The notes under the pieces were generated by a model. It saw nothing but the letters and a program-made list of their open reading frames with translations, was not told the origin of the DNA and did no database searches. Below, piece by piece: positions 37,356-56,206 of a stretch of DNA of 64,000 bases; position 1 is the first letter of the stretch, and the number at the start of each line of letters is the position of its first letter. This stretch comes from the human T2T-CHM13v2.0 reference genome, Homo sapiens. The translations under genes were made by a program, and so were the position numbers. The DNA is taken from NCBI RefSeq assembly GCF_009914755.1, contig NC_060927.1. The stretch is one strand, 5' to 3'.

Positions 37356-38274
37356 TGTAAACCAAAAATAAAATTCTAAGCTCCCCAACCAACTGAATGG
37401 ACCCTTCTTCTTGGCCAAGTGGATTTCAAAGAAACCTAAAAAACTAGTTCAGGCCATAACAGAAAGCGGGGTCAGACTTGCCTCATTATACCCTCTTCCC
37501 TTTGGAATTCAGGCTCAAATGTCCAGCATTAACATTAAAAGAGATCTTAAGACTAACACAACAGATTCTTTATAGCAATAAGATGCCAAGTTCCAACCTG
37601 ACTCTAGTACAGCGTCACATGACAGCAGGCCCTGAAAGAAATAGAATTATTTTTTCTGCAAAATATATTTCTTTGCCATATTTTGAAATGATCCCGCAAA
37701 GCTGTCTCTTGTGGGGAAAATCTACATTCTGCAGAGAATCCCCTTCCCTTTCCAGGTCTTTTCCTGATCCAGGAGAGAGATTTAACTGAGAGTCTGGCAC
37801 CTTTTACGGTCTGATAAGGGACATTTACCATCTATTCTCTCTAAAGCCTGCTACATACCAAGAACCTTGGCTTCCACAACCTGCACCCTCCCACCCCACC
37901 CCACTTATCTTAACCCCCAGCATTTCTTTCTGCTGACTTCTACTCTTTAGATAATAACTTAACCATTTCAACCAATTACCAATCAGAAAATGTTTGAATC
38001 CACCTATGATCTGTAAGTCTCTCACCCAGTGGTTCAAGTTTTCAAGTTGTCTCACCTTTCTGGACCAAACCAATGTACATCTTACATGTATTGATTGTTG
38101 TTTGCCTGTAACTCCTGTCTCCCTAAAATGTATAAAATCAAGCTATTACCCAATGACCTTGGGCACATGTTCTTAGGACCTCCTGAGGCTGTGTCATGGC
38201 GTCGTGGTCCTTACATTTGGCTCAGAATAAAGTTCTTCAAATATTTTACAGAGTTTGGCCCTTTTGAGTCAACA
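37356..38274 (+). mobile_element. MER4-family (D/E-like) ERV1 solo LTR
   Basis: tgtaaaccaaaaataaaattctaag...gtcaaca, 4-bp TSD tagg. Confidence 0.85.
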
Positions 38275-38851
38275 TAGGTATGTTACTGATCAATAACGTA
38301 GTCCCTATAAGCATGCAAAGGGAATAAATCCATCATGAATGCATGAATAAATACAGAAATAAATGTAAGAATTAAAGCATGTTTCCAGGTCTTTGTACTG
38401 TGTGAAGTGATATAAAATAATTGTTTAAAGCACTGGCATAAAATGCTTCTATTTATTTTAATAATATTATTTATTATTCATTATATTATTTATTATTTAT
38501 TTTATTTTATTTTCATAAGTCTAATGGATCCCATCCCCTCCACACACTCCACCACAACTTTCTTTACATGATATTGATTTCTAGAATTTACATGAAATGT
38601 TTGAAAATGAAAAAAACTAGGGGATTGTGAGGAGGAAGCAAGAGACAGGTAATGTCACTAGAAAAGGATCAGATCTTGTTGCTTGTGGATATGAATGAAT
38701 TCCTCTTTCTAAGGATACTGACCTTAGAAAATGGAGGGGAAAATGCTTGAAGGCCTCTTAGAGGCAACTCCAACACAGTCTTACTCTTTCAGTAGAGGGG
38801 GGCAGAAAGCAGGAATAGCAAAATAATTACTTAGCTACCATAATCAACAAT

Positions 38852-39173
<322 letters not shown>

Positions 39174-39641
39174 ATCAACAATGCTTTTCAAGTCCACACC
39201 AGTCACCTGAGGGTCCTGTTAAACATAGCAATTTCAAGTCATGAAGCTAGGGGTGATGCCCCAGATTCTGCATTTCTGACAGGCTTCCAGGTGATGTTCA
39301 TTCTGGGGCCTCACTTGGAGTGACTAGGGCAGTGGGCCCCTCCTTCCCCCCTCCCCTCCCCTTGTGAATAAAGAGCAGCTGGCTGTAGCATTTGCCCCAT
39401 CTGCAGCCTTGCAAACCTCTTCCTTCACAAAGTAGATTTGCCAGGACAGTGCCTAGGCTATAGGAGTTGAAGCTAAGGAGGAGGAAGAGCAGTGCCTGAA
39501 GAAACTTCAGACCATATGCAAGAAAGACTCAAAAGAAGAATACAAAGAGCAGGTCTTTCTAGAAATAAAATTGACTTAAAAAAAAAAAAAAAACTCTGCC
39601 TCTAGAGCAAAGTACTCTTTATTATAAAAAAAAAAAGTATT

Positions 39642-39963
<322 letters not shown>

Positions 39964-41413
39964 TCAAGCATCCCTAAAGGAAAATCTATTTATAGGACCC
40001 ACTCACTGTTGCAGAGTCTACTGACCTCAATTTCCTCCCATTCAAGTGCAAGTACCTTGGTTAAACAGAGCTACCCAATTGCAAAGGAAATCCAAGTCAG
40101 ATAATTATATTTACAACATAACCCTTCAAAAATATAAAAAGGCAACCAAAGATCTTCTGAATTGAATAAAAGCAAAGCATCAAAGAGAAAGACTGAGGTG
40201 AACAAACAGAACAGCCAATCTAGAAACAATGAAAACAACTACAAAAAAGTTTATATTTTTTCTAGTCAGTAATCTCAGACTGTTGAAAGAATACTCCATC
40301 CATAAAACAAGAATACACTCTTATGAAAAGGGAGCAATGGGAGAATAAGAAATAGTTCTCAGAAATTAAACATATGATGCTAGAACCTAAAAATGTATAG
40401 AAGAGTTTTTGAAAAATGCACATGGCTGATAACAAATCAGTGATCTGAGATAACTGATTAGTCATCTAGTAATGAAAGCATTAGTGATCTGAAATCAGTG
40501 ATTTGAAGTTTATCAAAAATAAAACAGAGGGACTTCTGGGTAGCTGAGCAAAATCTGAATTGTCACATATCCTCTCAGAACCATGCAGATAAACCAAAAG
40601 AACAAATAGGGCCACACAAATCCCATGCCTTGAGAATAACTAGAAGATTAAGAACACTACAAACTTCAAGCTACTTATAAACATTTTTAAAAAAACAAGC
40701 AAGATACTAATTTTCAACAGAACTACTTCTTGAGCTCCTGCTACTAGCTTTTGCAGCGATCTAAGGAGTGCTAAGAGAAGAGGCCATTGAGATAAAACTA
40801 CTCACAGGAAAAACAAAACAAAACAAAAAGAGTCCACTTTAAGTGCAAAGATACAGGTCAATCATCCTTAATCCAAAGATCCAAAATCCAAAATCCTCCC
40901 AAATCTGAAACTTTTTCAGCACTGACGTGACACCAAAAGTGGAAAAACCCAACACCTGACTTCATGTAACAACTTGCAGTTAAAACGCAAGCATACGACA
41001 CACCATTTATTCCATGTCCTCAAGGGGAAAAAGACTGTCCGGCCCTGTTCAGCTGCAGTGTATCTTTTCCATGCACACCCTGACTCCCCTATGCAAGCAC
41101 GCCCATGAAGGGTAATAAAATGGCATGTGTACAGGCCAGATGCATCAAAGGCAGGTTCCCCAATGCTCTGCATGGGACCAAGACCTACAAGTAATACTCA
41201 CTGTGGTTTTCCACTTATTCTCTTCTCCATGATGTAAAGATATTTTTCAAAATGTCCAGAAAAAAAAAAAAAGGCCGGCAGACACCCCTATGAGTAACAG
41301 TGATAAGAAAAAGAGGAAGCTTATGTTTATCTATAGCACAGAAATTCAAGCTGTTGGAGAAACTGGACAGCAGCATAAGTGAGAAACATCTTACAGAAGA
41401 GTATGGTATTAGT

Positions 41414-41745
41414 GGCCGGGTGCCGTGGCTTACACCTGTAATCCCAGCACTTTGGGAGGCCGAGAAGGGCAGATGACCTGAGGTCAGGAGTTCAAGATCA
41501 GCCTGGCCAAGATGGTGAAACCCCTTCTCTACTAAAAAAATACAAAAAATTATCTGGGCATGATGGCGGGCACCTGTAATCCCAGCTACTTGGGAGGCTG
41601 AGGCAGGAGAATCACTTGAACCTGGGAGGGGCAGAGGTTGCAGTGAACCAAGATCCCACCATTGCACGCCAGCCTGGGCAATGAGAGCGAAACTCTGTCA
41701 CAAGAAAAATAAATAAATAAGAAAAAAAAGAAAAGAAAAAGAAGA
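41414..41745 (+). mobile_element. AluS in Tigger4
   Basis: TSD agaagagtatggtattag/agaagagtgtggtgttag. Confidence 0.92.
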
Positions 41746-41984
41746 GTGTGGTGTTAGAATGCATACCATATATGACCTAAAGATACAGAAAGATAAACTG
41801 TTGATGCTCCATGCTAAAAGTGATGAACAGAAATGAACAAAAAATACAAAAACACTACATAAAGTTAAAAATGAATCTCTTGATCATGTATCGAAAGAGT
41901 AGATCCATCAGCACTGCAGTGAACTTGTGCAACTTAATGGTGTGCCGCTCATGAAACAAGGAAAAATCTATCACAATGAACTGA

Positions 41985-42330
<346 letters not shown>

Positions 42331-42914
42331 CAGAAATATAAGAAAAGATAACATTAAATGTTAAAAGATAAAGCATCTGCTGATCATGAAGCAGTGGAAA
42401 AGTTCATTGGGTTTTTTTTTTTTTTCTGTTTTTCTTAAATTCTAAATCTTTACTGAAGCAGTGCAGAAATTCATTGACAAGTTTGCCAAGGTCACTGCTG
42501 ATGAAAATTTGATGCCAGAATAAGCCTGGGATGCTGATGAAATATCACTGTTTTGCACTATTCCCCCAGAAAGACATTGACTGCACTGATGAGACAGCCC
42601 TTACAGGAATTAAGGATGTCAAAGACAGAATAACTGTGCTGGGATGTGCTAACACAATAGGCACTCAGAAGGCAAAAGCTCGTGTGCTCACTGCTTTCAC
42701 AGAGTGAATTTCTTACCAGTCCATTACTATACTAACAAAAGGTCATGGATCACCAGGGACATCCTTTCTGATTCGTTTCACAAAGATTTTATACCAGTGG
42801 CTCATGCACTCTGCAGGGAAACTGGACTGAATGATGACTGAAAGATTTTCTTATTCTTTAACAACTGTTCTGCTCACACTCCAGCTGAAATTCTCATCAA
42901 AAATAACATTTACT

Positions 42915-42964
42915 GTCTATGGCCATATCACCTTGAACACACCTGAACTCATCTGATTTCAGAA
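42915..42964 (+). pseudogene. 5S rRNA pseudogene fragment (nt 1-50), 3'-truncated, no poly(A) tail
   Basis: gtctatggccatatcaccttgaacacacctgaactcatctgatttcagaa matches recalled human 5S nt 1-50 at 40/50, with 6 of 10 changes at CpGs; flanked by TSD aaaaataacatttac/aaaaataatgtttat. Confidence 0.88.
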
Positions 42965-43682
42965 AAATAATGTTTATGTCATGTATTTTCCCCCAAATGT
43001 GACTACATTAATTCAGCCATGAACAAGGTACCCTTAGGTCGATGAAAATAAATATATAAACACTTTCTTGAACAGCATGCTAGCAGCAGTAAACTCAGTA
43101 AACTAAGGCACGGGTGTGGAGGTTTTCAAACAGAGTTTAGCATGAAGGGTGCCATATAGGCTGTTGTCAACGCTTGGAACACAGTGACTAAAGACACAGT
43201 TTTGCACCAAGACCTGACACAACCTCTGGCCTGTTCAGTGATGATGATGAATAAGGTGGGGACTTTGAAGAATTCCACATGTCAAGTGAGGAAACAATGA
43301 TGTCTAACCTTCTTACATGTGCAAAAGATGTATCTTCAGAGTCCATCACGAAGCTGGAAAACGTGGGTATTGAAATTTTTAACATTGATTATGAGGCTCC
43401 AATTGTTCATTCATTAACCAATGATGAAATAGCCAAAATGGTTCTGAATCAAGCCGATTGTGATAATAGTGATGGTAAAGACGATGCTGTTAACACTGCA
43501 GAAAAACGTGCCTAGAAGACACGGTGAAAATGTGTAATGGGCTTATTGAAGGACTACAGCAGCTGCATTCACAACAGAACAAGAAATTATGCCAGTTTAC
43601 AAAATCAAAGAGAGCTTCTAAGATAAAACCCACTGTTAATGAGGCAGATGACTCTGGAGGAAACATTTTAAAAAGCCATCCA

Positions 43683-43988
43683 GGCCAGATTGGGGTAGAA
43701 GGGGGTGGCTCATCCCTGTAATCCCAGAACTCTGGGACTCTGAGGCAGGAGGGTCACTTGAGCCCAGGAGTTCATGATCAGCCTGGGCAACAGAACGAGA
43801 TACTGTCCCCACACAAAAAATTAAAAATTAGCTGAGCATGGTGGCATGCCTGTAGTCCTAGCTACTTGGGAGGCTGAAGTAGGAGGATTGCTTGAGTCCG
43901 GGAGTTCAAGGCTGCAGTTAGCTATGATCATGCATGCAACTGCACTCCAGCCTGGGTGACAGAATGAGAACCTGTCTCAAAAAAAAAA
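43683..43988 (+). mobile_element. AluJ in Tigger4
   Basis: TSD-like aaaaagccat on both sides. Confidence 0.85.
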
Positions 43989-44049
43989 GCCATTTGAGAG
44001 AATGTCTCCTCATCCTTAGAGGATCCACTTCTTCCTGTGCCTTCAACTA

Positions 44050-44625
<576 letters not shown>

Positions 44626-44738
44626 TCAAAACATGGCATCATAGGTGGAAACTGAAAGCCTGCTGTTGTTTGTCCTTGTTGCTGTTGTTTAACAGCAGAT
44701 ACAAGAATGCTGGTAATGCTACTGTACTGCTTAGTTAC

Positions 44739-45119
44739 TGATATGGTTTGGCTCTGTGTTCCCACCTAAATCTCATGTGGAATTGTAATCCCCAATGTTG
44801 AGAGAGGGACCTGGTAGGAGGTGATTAGATCATGGGGGCAGATTTCCCCCTTGCTGTTCTCATGACAGTTAGTGAGTTCTCATGAGATCTGATGGTTTAA
44901 AAGTGTGTGGCACCTCCCCTATCACTCTCTCTCTCCTGCCGCCATGGTAAGGCATGCTTGCTTCCCCTTCGCCTTCCACTGTGATTGTAAGTTTCCTGAG
45001 GCCTCCCAGCCATGCTTCCTGTACAACCTGTGGAAATGTGAGTCAATTAAACCTCCTTTCTTCATAAATTAACCAGTCTCAGGTAGTGCTTTATAGCAGT
45101 GTGAGAACGGACAAGTACA
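44739..45119 (+). mobile_element. THE1D/MSTA-like MaLR solo LTR in Tigger4
   Basis: tgatatggtttggc...gtaca, 5-bp TSD gttac. Confidence 0.88.
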
Positions 45120-45428
45120 GTTACTCTGAACACATTATTTGTTTTTGCTCTAATAATGGCATGTCTTATTATTTACTATTAAATACTTAAGTGTGAATAA
45201 GTATAAGATAATAGCTGTTTATCAGTAGCATGTAAGTTCAGATTCAAGAATAACAGTGATGCCAAACAAGCACAGACTGTCCACATGGGTGGCTGAGAGA
45301 GTGACATCTTTGCTTTCTGATGGATCAATGTATACAAACTCTGTTTCATGCACAAAATTATTTAAAATAGTGTATAAAATTACCTTCAGGATATATGTAT
45401 GTGAAATATAAGTCAATCGTGTGCTTAG

Positions 45429-45810
<382 letters not shown>

Positions 45811-46309
45811 TCTTGTCTCAAGAACTTTGGAGAAGAGATAATCTGTACTGAAAAAGAGTTCCAGAGCATCAGGGCACTGACTAGAGAAGGAATCAAAGAG
45901 GCATTCTTGGAAAGGCATAGCTTCTGGGAGAGAAAATGAAAAGAAAAGCAAGACAGTGGCTGTCTGGTAAAGGCAAAAAGAAGTAATAGGTACAATTTAG
46001 CATCTTACAGGATTAAAAAAAAAAAAAGATGAGGATACAAATCCCTTCCCTTAACCTCTGAAAAAAAAGTTTTTAAGGCCATCTATCAAAGAAACTATGT
46101 TTAGATACACTAACAGAAGATGATATATCTTGAACTAGAAATCTTGTAAACCACCCCAAACCACCAGCCCTGTCAATTAAACGCAAGATGCAAGCAGTAG
46201 TCATCTACATAAAGCTACTATAAGGAAGAAAAAAAGAAAATTGGAATAAAAAATGTTTACTTTCAGTAGAATAAGAAGACGACACATTTCTTTACGTCTT
46301 TATATCTTA

Positions 46310-46945
46310 TAAAGAAATGTTATCTAAAATATACAAAGAACTGTTAAAACTCAACAATAAGAAAATGAACAACCCAATTTAAAAATGGGCAAAAGACCTA
46401 AACAGCACCTTACTAAAGAAGATTTACAGATGACAAATAAACATATGAAAAGATGTTCAACATCATATGTCATTGGGGAATTGCAAATTAAAACAACAAT
46501 GAGATACTACCATATATATATTAGAAAAATCAAAATCCTAAATATTGACAACACCAAATTCTGGCAAAGAGCAACAGGAACTCTCGTTCACTGCTGGTGG
46601 GAATGCAACACGGCACAGCCACTTTAGAAGACAGTTGGGCAGTTTCTCACAAAACTACACATGCTCTTACCATAACAAAACTACACATACTCTTACCATA
46701 AGATCCATTAATTTTGCTCTTTAGTATTTACCCAAATGAGCCAGAGATGTATATAAACACAAAAACCTGCACACAGATGTTTATAGAAGCTTTATTCATA
46801 ATTGCCAAAACTGAAAATACTCATGATGCAGACGAATGGAAAAACAAACTGTGGCATGCCAGATACTGGAATATTATTTAGCACTAAAAAGAAATGAGCT
46901 TTAAGCCATGAGAAGACATGGAAAAACTTAAATACGTATTACTAA
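46310..46945 (+). mobile_element. L1MB-like 3' fragment with internal 26-bp tandem duplication (46650-46701)
   Basis: ORF 46385..46627 resembles the ORF2 C-terminus (HMKRCSTS...MRYYH). Confidence 0.78.
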
Positions 46946-47130
46946 GTTTGAGACCAGCGTGGGCAACATAGGGAGACCCCAACTCTACAAAAAAATAATT
47001 AGCCAGGCATAATGGTGCATGTCTGTAGACCCAGCTACTCAGGAGGCTGAGGTGAGAGAATCACTTGAGCTCAGGAAGGTCGAGGCTGTAGTGAGCCATG
47101 ATTGCGCCACTTTTGAGACCCTGTCTCAAA
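46946..47130 (+). mobile_element. Partial AluJ without evident TSD
   Basis: Starts mid left arm; right arm internally deleted. Confidence 0.75.
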
Positions 47131-47149
47131 AGCAGGTAGAAAGAAATAC

Positions 47150-49370
<2,221 letters not shown>

Positions 49371-49379
49371 ACATATATA

Positions 49380-50300
49380 TATGAGTAAAAAGTAAAGTGA
49401 TAAAGAGATGAAAAATAGAAACAGAAACAGAAAATAGAGTTGAAGGGGAGAAATACTCAAAGAAACAATAGTGAAAAGAATTCTAAGCCTAAGAAAGACT
49501 TTATGCAGGTTTGAAGGCCCAGGAGAAAGAAGGAAAAAGGTTTGAAATTTCAAACCTACAACAAAATAAACAGTTTACCTATAAAGAAATGAGACAGATC
49601 TTTGTGAGAAGGATTAGCATTGTTATCAGTAACACTGGATGCTACAAATCGATGGATCAATGTTTTTTACATAAAAAAATTCCATTCCCAGCCAAACTAC
49701 TGATCAAATACGAGGACAAATACAGCCATTTTCAAATGTTCAAGGTACTGTTAAGATTTATTTACCGGCTGGGCGCGGTGGCTCATGTCTGTAATCCCAG
49801 CACCGTGGGAGGCTGAGGCAGGCAGGCAGATCACCTGAGATCAGAAGTTCAAGACCAGCCTGGCCAACATGGCAAAATCCTGTCTCTACTAAAAATACAA
49901 AACTTAGCTAGGCATGGTGGTGTGTGCCAGTAATCCCAGCTACGCGAGAGGCTGAGGCAGGAGAATCGCTGGAACCCAGCGGGGCAAAGGCTGCAGTGAG
50001 CCGAGATCGCACCACTGCACTCCAGCCTGGGCAACAGAGCAAGACTCCGTCTCAAAAAAAAAAAATTATTTACCATACGTGCTTTTGGAAGATAAAATAA
50101 TTGTTAAGTGTTTCAATGAAAATGAAATCCAAAATAGAGGGGACTTTCCCAGAGACTCAGTGAAAAACACTTCCTGGTTGACAGCTTGCAGTAGATCTAG
50201 ACAGCAACAATCCTGAATTATAAGAGCAGACCAGAGGGCCTCAAAAGAATATCTTCAAGAAGTAAGTGTATGCATTACACACTCTATAATAAAGAATCTG
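49380..50300 (+). mobile_element. HAL1/L1 ORF1-like ancient fragment
   Basis: IPFPAKLLIKYEDK...FQMFKVL in ORF 49511..49816 resembles ORF1 C-terminal domain. Confidence 0.5.
49767..50065 (+). mobile_element. AluS
   Basis: Full dimer; flanked by ttatttacc. Confidence 0.9.
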
Positions 50301-50616
50301 CAAGATAGTAATAATGCAATAAAGGTATATGCCACTTCTGTAAATAGGGAAAAAAGAAGGGCAATTAGAAATGCCAGGTGAAAATGCACATAAAAAAGTC
50401 ATTGTCTGACTCTGAAATGAATTAAATTATGGCATGATTTTGAGTAACTGATGGGGTATAAGGAAAGAGAACCCATTTTACTTTACCATTTGTAGCTTCC
50501 TCCTTTCAGTGATACAGGTTTAATGACACAGGATTACAACTGTCACTTGAGAGGTCCAATCTATTATGTATACATAATGTACATCACAGAATGCATATAA
50601 ATGCATTTTAATGATT

Positions 50617-50937
50617 TCTTTTCTTTCTTTCTTTCTTTTTTTTTTTTTTTGAGATGGAGTTTCTTTCTTGTTGCCCAGGCTGGAGTGCAACAGCGCCGTC
50701 TAGGCATACTGCAACCTCTGCTTCCTGGGTTCAAGCGATTCTCCTGCCTCAGCCTCCCAAGTAGCTGGGGATTACAGGCACCTGCCACCACACCTGGCTA
50801 CTTTTTTTTGTATTTTTAGTAGAGATGGGATTTCACCGTGTTGGCCAGGCTGGTCTCAAGTTCCTGACCTCAGGTGATCCACCCACCTCAGCCTCCCAAA
50901 GTGCAGGGATTACAGGCGTGAGCCACTGTGCCCGGCC
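50617..50937 (-). mobile_element. AluS
   Basis: Full dimer. Confidence 0.9.
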
Positions 50938-51521
50938 TACTGATGTCTATTACTTAAAATCAACCTATAGTCAGACAAAAAGAATCTATTTGTAGAATAA
51001 ATGTAAATACATTCTACATCTTAGCAACATTATATAATAGGCAGAAGAACATGAAGGACAAGCATAGAGAAAGATGGAAACACGTGGTAGAAAATCAACA
51101 GATACTATCTAAGGTAGCTGGATCACCAAAAAGAAGTTAAGTATGTTGTTTCAATTAGATCACCAGTATGTGATCTAAAAATAACAATGTAACTAACAAA
51201 AATGAGAGAATGAGAGAGAGTGAGGTGAGAGAAAGCATCATAATACGCAAAACTCATTTTTCACAGTAAAGAAACACAAGATACTGTCTAAAGTCGATGA
51301 ATCAAGAAATACAGACATAAATATGCATGTTAGTATCATGGAGCTAACCACCATTATATCATTTGAAAACTGCATGACATGGTGGAACAGCACTGAGCCA
51401 GGGGCCAGAAAATCTAAATCCTAATCAAGCCCTAAGTTTTTCCTTTACCAGCTTGTGAGTTTACCCAAGTTCTTTCTTCATAGTCTTAATATCCACCTCT
51501 GTAAATGAGCTTGGACTAGAC

Positions 51522-51710
51522 CAGCAGTTCAAAAAGTGTGTTCCCCAGACCAGCAGCATCAGCATCTCTTGGGAACTTGTTTGAAATGCAAATTATTTGG
51601 CCCTACCCCTAGACTTACTGAATCAGAAATCTTAGGTTGGGACCAGCAATTTGTGTCTTAAAAAGTCCTCCAAGTGATTCTGTTGTGTCCTAATGCATGA
51701 GAACCACTAA
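51522..51710. mobile_element. MER5A, following a MIR (about 51380-51520)
   Basis: cagcagttcaaaaagtgtgttccccagaccagcagcatc...gagaaccact. Confidence 0.8.
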
Positions 51711-51715
51711 TCTAG

Positions 51716-52270
<555 letters not shown>

Positions 52271-52493
52271 TCATTACTAAATTTGATGCCATGTTTATCA
52301 TCTCCGTGAGGATGATAATCTTTATGAACCCATGAAATTCATAAAGATTATTCAATCAGAAAGGTATTTGTGCAAATGCTTAGAATCCTTTAAGAAGTGT
52401 GTGGACTAATTCTGGCAGTGGTACTAGAATCCTTCCCCATATTCTTGACACAATAGAATAGTAAATAATAGTAAAAAGTCACTTAATAAATAG

Positions 52494-53180
52494 TGTAAGC
52501 TGAAAATAAAATTCTAAGTCCCCCAACTGACCGAATGGACCATCTCTTAGCCAAGGGAACTTCAGAATAACCTTGAAAACCGAGTTCTAGGCCATGATGG
52601 AATGAGCAGTCTTACACGCCTCGTTATCCCCCTCCCTTGCTAACCACAATTAGGCTTTCTTCCCTAAGGCTTTCACAGAAACCAGCCCTTTCAAAAGACT
52701 CTACCACTGATATTAACCAACCACCCAACACTGCTTCTCCTTTTTTGCCTGATAAGAGGCCACTGATCACAGAGTGGTTCTGGCCAGTCTATGGAGAATG
52801 TGCAGTAAGGGTTTTCATGTCTTCTGCTTCCCTTTTTGACATCAGAGGGCCAAATATTCCACCCTCAGATCATGCTAATGCTGCCATTTTTTTGTACATG
52901 AGACCCATGAAGGGGCAAGAAGCTCAATTGTGTGTGTGCACGTTTCTCCTTGTATAAATATTCAGACTCTTCCTATAGCTTACTGAAGTATATTTGGCCA
53001 CCCTGCTCAACATAAATTCCTGTTCCCTCTAGACCCTCTCTTGAAGAGTCCATTTCCAGCTTCTGGCAGGAGGCTATGCTTCCCAGCCTGTCAGAATGGT
53101 CACCCTGCAGGTTGGAACTCTTTATGAGAAATAAAGCTCTCCTTTCCAAATTTATGAACCTCCTCATTCTTTAGTTGACA
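52494..53180 (+). mobile_element. ERV1 solo LTR (MER50-like)
   Basis: tgtaagctgaaaataaaattctaag...TATAAA...aataaa...gttgaca, 4-bp TSD atag. Confidence 0.8.
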
Positions 53181-53462
53181 ATAGTAAATAAATAGTAAAA
53201 AGTCAAGCCCTCTCTGGCTCATAGTCTTGGAAAACTTTCTTGATTGCATAATAAATGTTGAAGGGCGTGGCAAACAGTTGTCTACTCTACATCCAAAGTT
53301 TGATTTTAAAAAGGCAACATTCACAAATTTTATAGCTAATCGCTCACCCACTAACTTCTCCAACTTCATCTCAATTCTTCACTGTAACAACCCATATCAC
53401 ATAATAAATAGGAGAGGAGGCTGCTTGTTATGGTATGTGGCTATCATCTTTATAATTGATCA

Positions 53463-53695
53463 TGAGAGTGGCAGGAGGCAGCCAAATGCCCAGGCAGATA
53501 TGGGCAGGTCCCCGGTGAAACCCCCTCTCCAAGCCGAAGATAGTTTAAAGCCTGAAAGCCAAGCTACAAGTTAAATCCTCAGACCGGATTGAGAACTTGT
53601 CTTCCCATTTGTCGAGCTTTCCTGTGATGGATCCCCACCCCTCATGTATTTTACATATACCTACCCTTTCCTAATTGTTCTTCTACACTGTCGTG
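53463..53695 (+). mobile_element. ERV1 LTR 5' fragment (LTR19-like), 3'-truncated
   Basis: ggcaggaggcagccaaatgcccaggcagat...gtccccggtgaaacccc. Confidence 0.6.
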
Positions 53696-54579
53696 TGGAA
53701 CCAGCAGATGCGGATGCAAGCTATAACACAGGTGAGCTGGGCCTCAGTAGTGTGGCCGAGCAATGCCCGGGTGGGGCATCGGGCAAGGCCCAGGGTCTCT
53801 GGCTTGCCAAGTGACCAAGAAGAAAAATCATGCATCAAGAATTCCACTAAGACCAAATTCCAGATGTTTACAATCATTAGCACTCATAAATTCAAGCAAA
53901 AGTTGTGTTTTGAATTTCTGAAGCAATCTAAATTGAAATGTCGAAAGATGGAACGTGGGTTTCTATCTGAACAAAACAGAATAGATGACGCAAAGGCAGA
54001 ACAGTGAGGAGGTATTCTAAAACAATCACCCAGGCAAATGAACAAAGAAAAGCCATCATACACATATGAGGTCATTCCACTGGGAAGAAGTAACATCAGA
54101 CCCCTAGTTTTTAAATAGAGAAGGACAAGAGCCTGGCATATTAACTTTGTTTCCTGCCCTTTACTACAATTTACTTAAATTCTCGTGACATGTAAGACTT
54201 ACTTGCCAGTGCCACCATTTACTCTTAATAAAACCAAGGAGTGCCTTCTGATTTCAGGCCTCAGTTGGGTGCCCAAAATCTAGCCTCTCTGGTATCCTCC
54301 CTGAGGGCTCTGAAGCAAATCTACCCTCCTTGGGCAACACAGCTGCCCACATGACTGTACACTCTGGATTGACAAGTACACTCTGTACTCGTGACTGTAC
54401 ACTCTGGATGTACATCCTGATGAGTCAGATGAATGAATTCATCTCCCTGACCCTTTGAGTCACAGTTCCACAGCCAGTCCAGCGAAAACCACACCTCACC
54501 CCAGCTACTCCATCAAAGCAGCACTTTTGCTCGTTAATGTTGTTTAGACACTTGAAAAACAGTATTTTCCATTGCCTTC

Positions 54580-55559
<980 letters not shown>

Positions 55560-55900
55560 CTTCATAATAGTAAGAGGCCCAGATTGCACTCACTTCTCTG
55601 ACGAGGCTGGTTTCTAAAGCTGAGTAGTTATTATAATCCCACTGAGTCTTTCAATACAAAGGAGTAAGTCTCATCACAATTCACAGGCCAAATAATAACA
55701 CTATTCTTCTCCTATTCCTTCCTAGAGTACTAATATCAGACCCCATTTTAGGCCACTTATCATAAAAAGAGGACACAACGAACACCAAAGACTATTCATC
55801 ACACTGTATGTGAGGAAAATGAATGTAGAAAAATTACTCTAACTTAAATAGGTCCCTCAACAGATTCCGTATAGAAAAGTCCTTTAGAAATAGAAACAAT

Positions 55901-56206
<306 letters not shown>

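Noticed and set aside
53675-54007. 110-aa ORF as a de novo protein
   Set aside because: Non-ATG start inside an LTR fragment, no recognisable domain, length within chance expectation
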